From NCBI GenBank assembly GCA_039933615.1, contig JBDTNT010000169.1, positions 1-60,095 of the forward strand: a DNA stretch of 60,095 nt. Reading direction: 5' to 3'. Below are positions 17,491 to 25,615 of the stretch, one piece after another. Every line of letters begins with the position of its first letter. Within the stretch, counting starts at the first letter, position 1. A model generated the notes under the pieces. It made no database searches, had not been told where the DNA came from, and was given only the letters and a program-made list of their open reading frames with translations. The DNA comes from Flavobacterium sp. GTDB taxonomy: Bacteria; Bacteroidota; Bacteroidia; Flavobacteriales; Flavobacteriaceae. The translations under genes were made by a program, and so were the position numbers.

Positions 17491-18576
17491 ATGAAGCAAA
17501 CTATTTTGGTTTATATATTTCTTTCTTTAAACTGCGGTCTGTTTGCACAAAATAAAGACAGCTGGATTGCTTTTTGGGATAAAGACACTACCCATATAGG
17601 ATTTAAAGACCAAGAAGGTAAAATAAAAATTGAACCGAAATTTATGGGTCTTACTTCTGCCAATAAATTTGATGGTATTATGGTCGTTTCAGAAGAAATA
17701 AACAACAGCTGGAGAAGTTATTATTTAACTAAGCAAGGAAAAAAAGTTGGCATTGACAGCCTCTACATTTTCGACAATGGACCTGATTGCGAAAACGAAG
17801 GTTTTATTCGTTTTAGAGATCCTAAAACCGATAAAATGGGATTCTTCAATCAGGATGGAGAAATCATAATCCCAGCCGAATACAGCGATCTGACGAGAGT
17901 TCGAAATGGAATGATTATCGCCCTAAAAGATGCCGAAAAAGTAAAACATCCCGGTGGGGATGGTCATTTTAGCTGGATTGGCGGGAAAGAATATCTTATT
18001 GATACAAACAATAAAATCTTAATCGAGAATTTTGGCTATAATGATGAACTCCATTTTTATTCTTTAGAAAAATCTAAAGACCCAAATAAAGACTCAAACA
18101 GAGAAAACTTCCTTGGAGTTGATAAACAGTACTATTCCTTTATCAATTTCGACAGGGAATTTAAATCCTGGCTTCAAACCAGCTTACTTAAAAACTTATC
18201 TAAAGAAAACCTTCTTGAGGCTTCTAATGACAAAATAACCTTTTGGAAAGAACCAAACGGATGGATCAGTGAACCGAAAACAGCCTTCATAAACCGCAAT
18301 TATAAACTGATCAAAAAGAAATTATTCGAGCTGAATACGACAACTTGTGATTACGCTGTTTTCAGCGAAAGCTTAAATCAGTTTATTTACGAAGGCGAAG
18401 AATATCAAAAGTATTTCAACAACTGTAATCAGGCAAAAGAGTGGATTTTTCCGGTAAAAAATATTGTCATTACACCCAAAAATAAAAACGGAAAACAAGA
18501 TCATTTTCAATTTTTAAGAACTGAAAATGGTTATAAATTGATTAGTATGTCACCTGGAAACGAAGAATTGAAATAA
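17491..18576 (+). CDS. Secreted WG-repeat protein
   Basis: Signal peptide; repeats GFKDQEGKIKIEPKF and GFFNQDGEIIIPAEY. Confidence 0.8.
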   Translation: MKQTILVYIFLSLNCGLFAQNKDSWIAFWDKDTTHIGFKDQEGKIKIEPKFMGLTSANKFDGIMVVSEEINNSWRSYYLTKQGKKVGIDSLYIFDNGPDCENEGFIRFRDPKTDKMGFFNQDGEIIIPAEYSDLTRVRNGMIIALKDAEKVKHPGGDGHFSWIGGKEYLIDTNNKILIENFGYNDELHFYSLEKSKDPNKDSNRENFLGVDKQYYSFINFDREFKSWLQTSLLKNLSKENLLEASNDKITFWKEPNGWISEPKTAFINRNYKLIKKKLFELNTTTCDYAVFSESLNQFIYEGEEYQKYFNNCNQAKEWIFPVKNIVITPKNKNGKQDHFQFLRTENGYKLISMSPGNEELK

Positions 18577-18635
18577 TACAAAAACTTACTAATAAATTCA
18601 ATTCAGCAAATTATTCATCATTATAAAATAAAAAT

Positions 18636-18875
18636 ATGGCGGCAGGCGGACCAGGAGACCATCCATTAAAAGATATACTTCATTTTCAAATGAATGTGTA
18701 CGATACAGAATGTGACAATTTAATAAGAGAACTTTCTACCTATTTATCCGAAAGTGTACTATATAAAACTATCGACTGGTCTACTGCTTTTAGTAATAAT
18801 GAATCTGTTTTAAAAGATTTCAAAGCTGAGCTCTTAGAAAAATTGAATTTTGAAAAACAGAAAATAAAATTTTAA
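18636..18875 (+). CDS. Hypothetical protein (79 aa)
   Basis: ORF with an A-rich leader typical of Bacteroidota starts; N-terminal GGPGDHPL.D motif. Confidence 0.6.
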   Translation: MAAGGPGDHPLKDILHFQMNVYDTECDNLIRELSTYLSESVLYKTIDWSTAFSNNESVLKDFKAELLEKLNFEKQKIKF

Positions 18876-18928
18876 TTACGCTCTCTTTAACTCAATAGTA
18901 TATTAATTTTAAAAAAACGAAAACAATA

Positions 18929-18944
18929 AAACTTGCGCAAGTTT
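18929..18944. promoter_or_regulatory. Perfect 16 bp palindrome upstream of ada, candidate operator
   Basis: AAACTTGCGCAAGTTT, containing GCGCAA reminiscent of the E. coli Ada box. Confidence 0.45.
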
Positions 18945-18998
18945 CAGATTTTATAACCGCAAAACCCAACCGATATTTGTATTATAAAATTAAACGAA

Positions 18999-19850
18999 AT
19001 GAACACACAGGAAAACATCAATTATAATCGCATTGCAGAAGCTATCGATTATATAAAAACCAATTTCCGGGAACAGCCGAATCTTGATGCCGTTGCCGAA
19101 AAAGTACATTTAAGCCCGTTTCACTTTCAGCGTTTGTTTACAGAATGGGCAGGAACAAGTCCGAAGAAATTTTTACAATATATCAGTGTCGAACACGCCA
19201 AGAAAATCCTGAAAGAAAACAATCAGGCTACACTATTTGATACCGCTTATGAAACCGGACTTTCAGGAACAAGCCGTCTGCATGATTTATTTGTAAATAT
19301 CGAAGGAATGACACCTGCAGAATATAAAAACGGTGGCAAAAACCTTTTCATCAATTATAGTTTTGCCGAGAGTCCGTTTGGGAATATCATTGTCGCTTCA
19401 ACAGAAAAAGGGGTTTGCTTTATGGCTTTTGCTGAAAGCGAGGCAATCGGATTTGAAGATTTAAAACACAAATTCCCGAATGCAGCATTTTACAGAAAAC
19501 TGGATTTACTACAGCAAAATGCACTGTTTATTTTTCAAAACGACTGGAGTAAATTATCGGAAATAAAACTGCACTTAAAAGGAACTGATTTTCAATTGAA
19601 AGTTTGGGAAACACTGCTTAAAATTCCAATGGGACAGCTTTCTACTTATGGTTCAATCGCACAACAAATTGAGAAACCAAATGCATCCAGAGCTGTCGGA
19701 ACTGCCATCGGAAGCAACCCTGTGGCTTTTTTAATCCCATGTCACCGCGTAATTCAATCTACCGGAACATTTGGCGGTTATATGTGGGGAAATACCCGAA
19801 AAACAGCAATAATTGGCTGGGAAGGCGTTCAGTCAAATTCAGATTTCTAA
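18999..19850 (+). CDS. ada: AraC-HTH plus O6-methylguanine-DNA methyltransferase (Ada-like, no N-terminal Zn domain)
   Basis: HLSPFHFQRLF..WAG.SPKKF; RAVGTAIG.NP...IPCHRV active site. Confidence 0.9.
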   Translation: MNTQENINYNRIAEAIDYIKTNFREQPNLDAVAEKVHLSPFHFQRLFTEWAGTSPKKFLQYISVEHAKKILKENNQATLFDTAYETGLSGTSRLHDLFVNIEGMTPAEYKNGGKNLFINYSFAESPFGNIIVASTEKGVCFMAFAESEAIGFEDLKHKFPNAAFYRKLDLLQQNALFIFQNDWSKLSEIKLHLKGTDFQLKVWETLLKIPMGQLSTYGSIAQQIEKPNASRAVGTAIGSNPVAFLIPCHRVIQSTGTFGGYMWGNTRKTAIIGWEGVQSNSDF

Positions 19851-19860
19851 AAATAATTCC

Positions 19861-20574
19861 ATGAAAAATATACAATCTAAAATTGCTTCTCTTAATTGGG
19901 ACAGCATCACCGAATCTATTCATGAAAGAGGTTTCGCAATTGTTCCGAATCTTCTTGACGAAGAACAATGCGAGACTTTAAAAGCAGATTATTCTAATCC
20001 AAATTTATACCGAAAAACGGTTGTGATGGAGCGTTATCGGTTTGGTTTAGGGGAATACAAATATTTCAATTATCCCCTACCGGATTTAATACATACAATC
20101 CGCACTTCGGTTTATCCCAAACTTGCACCGATTGCAAATGCCTGGATGAAAGCCTTAAATATAAACACTGTTTTCCCTGAAACACACGAAAAACTTCTGG
20201 AACAATGTCATGCAAATGAACAATTAAAAGCTACTGTTTTAATTCTAAAATATGGCACAGGAGGACACAACACACTTCATCAGGATTTATATGGTGATGT
20301 GTATTTTCCCATACAGACTGTACTTTTTCTAAACGAACCTGACGAGGATTTTACCGGAGGCGAATTTGTTCTGACACAGCAAACGCCAAGAGCCCAGTCC
20401 AAAGCGATTGTTCTGGAACCCAAAAAAGGGGATATGCTGATTTTCACCACCAATTTCCGCCCCATAAAAGGTACAAAAGGATATTATAGGGTCAATATGA
20501 AACATGGCGTGAGCGAGATTCATAGCGGTGAACGACATACATTGGGAATTATTTTTCATGATGCTTTGTCGTAA
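19861..20574 (+). CDS. 2OG-Fe(II) oxygenase (DUF2086-like)
   Basis: LHQDLYG (HxD), GGEFVL, HGVS and RHTLGIIFHDA motifs. Confidence 0.85.
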   Translation: MKNIQSKIASLNWDSITESIHERGFAIVPNLLDEEQCETLKADYSNPNLYRKTVVMERYRFGLGEYKYFNYPLPDLIHTIRTSVYPKLAPIANAWMKALNINTVFPETHEKLLEQCHANEQLKATVLILKYGTGGHNTLHQDLYGDVYFPIQTVLFLNEPDEDFTGGEFVLTQQTPRAQSKAIVLEPKKGDMLIFTTNFRPIKGTKGYYRVNMKHGVSEIHSGERHTLGIIFHDALS

Positions 20575-20592
20575 TGCAAATTAACAAATACA

Positions 20593-20622
20593 CGTAGAGA
20601 CTCACAGCAGTGCGTCTCTACG
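20593..20622. repeat. GTAG-family REP-like hairpin
   Basis: CGTAGAGAC-TCACAGCAGTGC-GTCTCTACG. Confidence 0.75.
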
Positions 20623-20643
20623 GATGTAATTAAAAGATAAATC

Positions 20644-20889
20644 ATGATTCAACATAATAAAATTTCCGACTCCGACTTACGGAATAAAATTAAAAATGGC
20701 GAAATTTGCTTTGGTGGAAACCAAAAACTGAAAATTTACGGAACACTGAAATGTTCTTCCGGTAAAAGAATGAAACGAGAAAACCGAACATTTTTCATTT
20801 CAGAAAAAGAAGCCAAAGAAAATGGTTTCAGACCTTGCGGACATTGCATGAGAACCGAATATCAAAAATGGAAAAATGGACTTATTTAA
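20644..20889 (+). CDS. Stand-alone Ada metal-binding domain protein
   Basis: KIYG...C...K.ENR.FF....EA...GFRPCGHC pattern. Confidence 0.85.
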   Translation: MIQHNKISDSDLRNKIKNGEICFGGNQKLKIYGTLKCSSGKRMKRENRTFFISEKEAKENGFRPCGHCMRTEYQKWKNGLI

Positions 20890-21484
20890 TCCCGAAATAA
20901 ACGAAAACACCAATTTATTACCCAAAGAAGGTACTGTAAATTATTACGGGAAATTGTTTGCGAGAGAAAAAGCCGATTTCTATCGGGACACTTTATTAAA
21001 TACAATCGAGTGGAAAAATGATGAAGCAATTATCTTCGGGAAATTAATTCTGACCAAACGAAAAGTGGCCTGGTACGGCGATCAGGAATTTGAATATACG
21101 TATTCGAAAACCACCAAAAAAGCGATTCGATGGACAAAGGAATTACTGGAACTGAAAGCTGCGATTGAAGAAAAAACAGGTGAAACATTTAATTCCTGCT
21201 TGCTCAATTTATATCACAGCGGTGAGGAAGGAATGGCATGGCACAGCGATGCTGAAAAGGATTTAAAAAAAAATGGTGCTATCGCTTCCGTAAGTTTTGG
21301 TGCTGAACGTAAATTTGCTTTCAAACACAAAGACACTAAAGAAGTTGTTTCTTTAATTCTAGAACACGGCAGTTTATTGGTTATGAAAGACGCGACACAA
21401 ACACATTGGCTGCATCGTTTGCCTCCAACTAAAATGGTATCCAAACCCAGAGTAAATCTTACTTTCAGAACTATTGTTTTGTGA
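20876..21484 (+). CDS. alkB: AlkB-family (ALKBH2/3-like) dioxygenase
   Basis: R.VAWYGD, FNSCLLNLY, WHSD, HWLH and RVNLTFR motifs. Confidence 0.9.
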   Translation: MDLFNPEINENTNLLPKEGTVNYYGKLFAREKADFYRDTLLNTIEWKNDEAIIFGKLILTKRKVAWYGDQEFEYTYSKTTKKAIRWTKELLELKAAIEEKTGETFNSCLLNLYHSGEEGMAWHSDAEKDLKKNGAIASVSFGAERKFAFKHKDTKEVVSLILEHGSLLVMKDATQTHWLHRLPPTKMVSKPRVNLTFRTIVL

Positions 21485-21531
21485 AAAATTAACCTCGTAA
21501 TTTAATTTCTTAATGGTAAATATTCTGTAAA

Positions 21532-21852
21532 TTATCTTTTTTCAGGCGCTACAGTATGGTAGGAAAGTGACAATGCATCCTTAAACATTTCAACTGGAAC
21601 TTTGGCTAAATCTACAAATGTCCAGCCTTGTTTTCCCCATTTGTTTGGAATTGGATAAAAAATCATTTCACTTGATGCACAAAAAACAGATTGATCTATT
21701 TCGTTAAACTTAAAAATTCCTCTGTTGTTTTTCTCATCAATCGTGGCAAATATTTTTTTCCTGATCCGAAAAGAGGTCTTTTCAAAATGATGTTCTTCGG
21801 TTGCTTCCGGAAGTTCTAAAGCTAAAATCCTGAATGTTTCAATCGTTACCAT
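21532..21852 (-). CDS. MmcQ/YjbR family DNA-binding protein
   Basis: ALELPEA.E..HF...SFR..KKIFA and WGKQGWT motifs. Confidence 0.85.
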   Translation of the reverse strand: MVTIETFRILALELPEATEEHHFEKTSFRIRKKIFATIDEKNNRGIFKFNEIDQSVFCASSEMIFYPIPNKWGKQGWTFVDLAKVPVEMFKDALSLSYHTVAPEKR

Positions 21853-21882
21853 AATCGTTTATTTCAAATTAAACTTTTATTT

Positions 21883-22638
21883 TTACCACCCCTGATTCAA
21901 GCCGTTTTTAAGGACTTCTTCGTACTTTTCTTTATCAAAAGTATACAGATTTGGTGCTTTGTGGGCTACGTTACTTTTCTTTTCATCCAATTTGTTGAGG
22001 ATTCCGATGTTGGTTATTTTTCGGAGGAAATTTCTTCTGTCGAGTTTTTTATCTAAAATGGTTTCATACAGTTTCTGAAGTTCCGGAATCGTAAATTTTT
22101 CCGGTAATAAATTATATCCGACCGGCATCAGATTAAGTTCACTACGAAGCGTATGTAGAGCCTTATCGAGAATTTCCATATGATCTAAAATCAATTCCGG
22201 TACCTCTTTATGATCAATCCATTCTATAATTTCCTGATTATTTCCTTTTTGTGGTATTGCTTTTAGAAAATCCACTAAAGCATAATATCCAATCGTCACA
22301 AATCGTTGCGTAAACCACTTACCTGCTTCTTCCGGAATTTTAAAATGATCCAATACTGCAGCTCCAAAATGCTGGTCGTTTCGTTTTACTCTTCCAAAAG
22401 TGGCGAATTGCCTTAAAAAAATTCCCTGCATTCCCGTTCGCTCATTTAAAACAGTAACGGCAGCAGTGTCAATATCCTGATGAAGCGGAACAAATCCACC
22501 AGGTAAAGACCATTTGTTTTCATAGGGAGTTTTGATCAAAAGTACTTTAAGCTGATTATCATGAAAACCAAAAATAACGCAGTCAATGGAAAGACCCGGT
22601 TGGTAATTTTCGTTATTCAATATTATTCCTTTCAACAT
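21883..22638 (-). CDS. NrtR-family Nudix-wHTH transcriptional regulator (AraR/XylR-like)
   Basis: SIDCVIFGF, WSLPGGF, LILDH, LLPEKFTIPELQ.LYE and DRRNF motifs. Confidence 0.9.
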   Translation of the reverse strand: MLKGIILNNENYQPGLSIDCVIFGFHDNQLKVLLIKTPYENKWSLPGGFVPLHQDIDTAAVTVLNERTGMQGIFLRQFATFGRVKRNDQHFGAAVLDHFKIPEEAGKWFTQRFVTIGYYALVDFLKAIPQKGNNQEIIEWIDHKEVPELILDHMEILDKALHTLRSELNLMPVGYNLLPEKFTIPELQKLYETILDKKLDRRNFLRKITNIGILNKLDEKKSNVAHKAPNLYTFDKEKYEEVLKNGLNQGW

Positions 22639-22759
22639 TCATTTTTTATTAATTCATCATTCTTTCTTTCAAACAAACGTGCAATTTAAGTCATTTTTAT
22701 AAAAGAAAATATTTTTTTACAAACTGCTCCTTATCAGTACATATTTTCTTAGTAAAACA

Positions 22760-22837
22760 AAAAGTGTATAAATCACAATTTTGCCTTAAAATTATATTCG
22801 AATTAAAAAAATAAGTACATTGCGTCAAAATAACACA
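22760..22837. promoter_or_regulatory. Two putative NrtR operators (GT-N7-AC)
   Basis: AAAAGTGT-N7-ACAATTTT (22760-22782) and TGCGT-N7-ACACA (22821-22837). Confidence 0.6.
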
Positions 22838-22848
22838 CATGACGATAA

Positions 22849-23214
22849 ATGTTATTATTTTTATTTAAAAAAGAAAGAATAGTATTACAAAATATATTTA
22901 TATTTGTAATGTCTTACAAGAAAATGAAAACTAGAAAAGTTAATGCAAGAGATATTATGATTACAAATCCATTGAAAAATTTAAATAAAAAAATTAAAAC
23001 TAAAATCTGGACCTCATTCGGATTTGTTTCAAAAACATATCTTTTAGAAGCTTCTCTAAAATATAGCGAAGAGCAGGAAAGAATTTTCAATGAAATGATT
23101 ATTGAAACTGAAGCCAAAGATAAAAAAGCAAAAAGGGAAGCTTTTGATAAAGCCTTATATGCTTCTTATAAAGGAATCGGAGCTATGGATTTTATCAACA
23201 CTGTCCTGAAATAA
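22849..23214 (+). CDS. Hypothetical protein, start uncertain
   Basis: ORF with several in-frame Met codons; C-terminal half looks protein-like. Confidence 0.45.
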   Translation: MLLFLFKKERIVLQNIFIFVMSYKKMKTRKVNARDIMITNPLKNLNKKIKTKIWTSFGFVSKTYLLEASLKYSEEQERIFNEMIIETEAKDKKAKREAFDKALYASYKGIGAMDFINTVLK

Positions 23215-23511
23215 TTTTTAATTTCGATTTATTTCCCATTTGATCAATTCTTATTTTACTTCAAAATTACTGTTTAACGATTAAAATTATTTCTGCTTTT
23301 CATCCTAGTGCTTTTTGCAGCTTTCTCAATTCTTCCCAAATTCTATTAAATTATTAGAAATTAATTTTCTTTAAAGTCAAAATAATCATTTGTTTATTAT
23401 AAGAAAATCAAACTTATCCTAATAATCAGTCTGGCTCTATTAAATATTAGCAAAATTCTATATTTTTGTTAGATACGAAAGATTTTACGTACGTCTAATA
23501 AAAGCCTTACT

Positions 23512-25533
23512 ATGGAACAAGCCATTCAATCAGAAAATTACAAAATTCAAAAACCGGAACAATGGGCAAGCAATATTAATGATGCTCAACTGGTTGACTA
23601 TATCAAAGAATCTGAATTCTCTCAAAAGCAAGCAGACGAAGGTCGTGATTACTGCTACTTTTTGGATAAAATTTATTATACAACCGACAACGAAAACAGC
23701 GAATACGCTTGTTTAGCCTATACGTTAAATGAACCTTCTAATTTAGAAAGGGCATCTGTAGTGGATGTTGTTCTGGAAGAAAATGAAACCTATCTGATAC
23801 ACCGAATCAGCGTTTTGAGAGATGGTGTTTTAGTAGATAAAATTCCGGATACCAAAATTAAAATTCTCGACAGCGAAAATCAAAGTGGCGGAGGCGTTTT
23901 GAGCAGCAATAAAAAAATCAATCTTACCATAAAAGATCTTCGTCTTTATGACATTCTGATTATGGAAGATTCAAGAATCAAAATTTTTACTGAGCGTGAT
24001 TTTTTACGCAAAGAATTTTCCAAATATGTGTGGGTAGGACCCGATAGTTACTGGGCTTACGGAAAATATAAATTTACTTTTAAAAATGATCGTGAAAAAA
24101 CAATTGCTTACAAAAAAACCTTTTTCAGGGATGAGGATGGAAATGTTTTGGAACCGGAAATCAGCTACTTAAAAAAAGGAGAGCAATTTGTAATTGAAGA
24201 AAACGATTATATCAATTTTGTAGATTCAAATCGTGAAGTTTCTCCGTTCATAGATTTTGCTACAGAAGGTAATTGGAAAGAATTGTCCAATTATATTTCT
24301 CCTATTTATGAAGATATTTTCACTAAATCTTCATTAACAGAATTTGCACCAAAGCTGGTTGAAAAGCTTGATGCTATTACCGATAAAGACGAACAGCTGC
24401 AATTTGCCATCGAATATGTGCAAAACCATATTAACTATATCTACAATGCAGATGAAATGAACGGTCACAAACCGCAGGAACCGTCTGTTACTTATGAAAA
24501 TAAACAGGGAGATTGTAAAGCAAAATCGGTTTTGCTAAAGGTTGTTTTAGATTATATTGGTGTTGATTCTTCAATTGTTTTAGTCAATTTCAATACTGAC
24601 TTCTACATGAAATATTATTTACCTTCTTTGCTGACTTTTAACCATGTGATTGTAAAAATCAATTATAAAAACGAGAGTTATTTTGTTGATGTTACTACCC
24701 GTGATGAATTTGGACTGATTGAAAACCGTGGTTTTATTTATTTCATGCATTATCTGGAGGTTAAACCAAATCTTGAATTACAGATTAAACCGCCACATCG
24801 CTATTCTTATTATGCTGTTGATGAAAAATCAGAACTTGCTGTTGAAAACAATATTGGCAAACTGAAATTGACAACCATATACAAAGGCAATCGCGCCAAT
24901 AACATGCGAAAGTACTTTAAAAACACAAACAAAAGAGAAATCATAGACAGCTGGAATAATTTCTTCTTCTACACTCTGAATTACAGCAATGACCGAAACG
25001 GAACTGATCTTAGAAATATATTTAAAGATGCTGTCATTGAAATTGTAAGTGACGACAAAAAGCGGAATGAGTTTAAGATTGAATATAGAACAACTGTCGA
25101 AAATCCGTATTTTAAAGACAGCAAAAATAATCGGTTTTTAATGTATTTCGATCGCAATATTGTAAAAAACAGCGCGAGGGATTTTATGCATAAAGACGTT
25201 ACTTTCTGGCATAATTTTGACAACGAAAGATATGAAATCACCCTTCTTACGGATCAGAAAATAGATGTAACTGAAAAGTTTACGGTACAGGAAAGTACGA
25301 TTAACAATCCATACTTTGATTTTGTAAGCCGTAAAAAAATCAACAAAAACGGAGGAACTATTTCTATTGATTATAAACCATTAGTTAATTTAGAAATTCC
25401 CGAAAAAGACTTTGAAGATTTCAGAACTGCACACCACGAAGTTGCGGACAGTAATTTTGGAATCGGAGTTGATATCATAGAAGATGGTTTTATGAATAAA
25501 TTGAAATTCAATTTCAAAAAACATTTTAATTAA
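23512..25533 (+). CDS. DUF3857/transglutaminase-like cysteine protease-fold protein
   Basis: GDCKAKS (Cys), FNHVIV (His) and FVDVT (Asp) triad; no signal peptide evident. Confidence 0.8.
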   Translation: MEQAIQSENYKIQKPEQWASNINDAQLVDYIKESEFSQKQADEGRDYCYFLDKIYYTTDNENSEYACLAYTLNEPSNLERASVVDVVLEENETYLIHRISVLRDGVLVDKIPDTKIKILDSENQSGGGVLSSNKKINLTIKDLRLYDILIMEDSRIKIFTERDFLRKEFSKYVWVGPDSYWAYGKYKFTFKNDREKTIAYKKTFFRDEDGNVLEPEISYLKKGEQFVIEENDYINFVDSNREVSPFIDFATEGNWKELSNYISPIYEDIFTKSSLTEFAPKLVEKLDAITDKDEQLQFAIEYVQNHINYIYNADEMNGHKPQEPSVTYENKQGDCKAKSVLLKVVLDYIGVDSSIVLVNFNTDFYMKYYLPSLLTFNHVIVKINYKNESYFVDVTTRDEFGLIENRGFIYFMHYLEVKPNLELQIKPPHRYSYYAVDEKSELAVENNIGKLKLTTIYKGNRANNMRKYFKNTNKREIIDSWNNFFFYTLNYSNDRNGTDLRNIFKDAVIEIVSDDKKRNEFKIEYRTTVENPYFKDSKNNRFLMYFDRNIVKNSARDFMHKDVTFWHNFDNERYEITLLTDQKIDVTEKFTVQESTINNPYFDFVSRKKINKNGGTISIDYKPLVNLEIPEKDFEDFRTAHHEVADSNFGIGVDIIEDGFMNKLKFNFKKHFN

Positions 25534-25548
25534 GAATCAATTTTTATT

Positions 25549-25592
25549 TAAATAGAAAAAGCGGAGCACTAAAACTCCGCTTTTTCTATTTA
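25549..25592. terminator. Bidirectional terminator at the end of the PUL
   Basis: TAAATAGAAAAAGCGGAG...CTCCGCTTTTTCTATTTA. Confidence 0.85.
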
Positions 25593-25615
25593 TAACAATT
25601 TTGAAAATCTTAATT

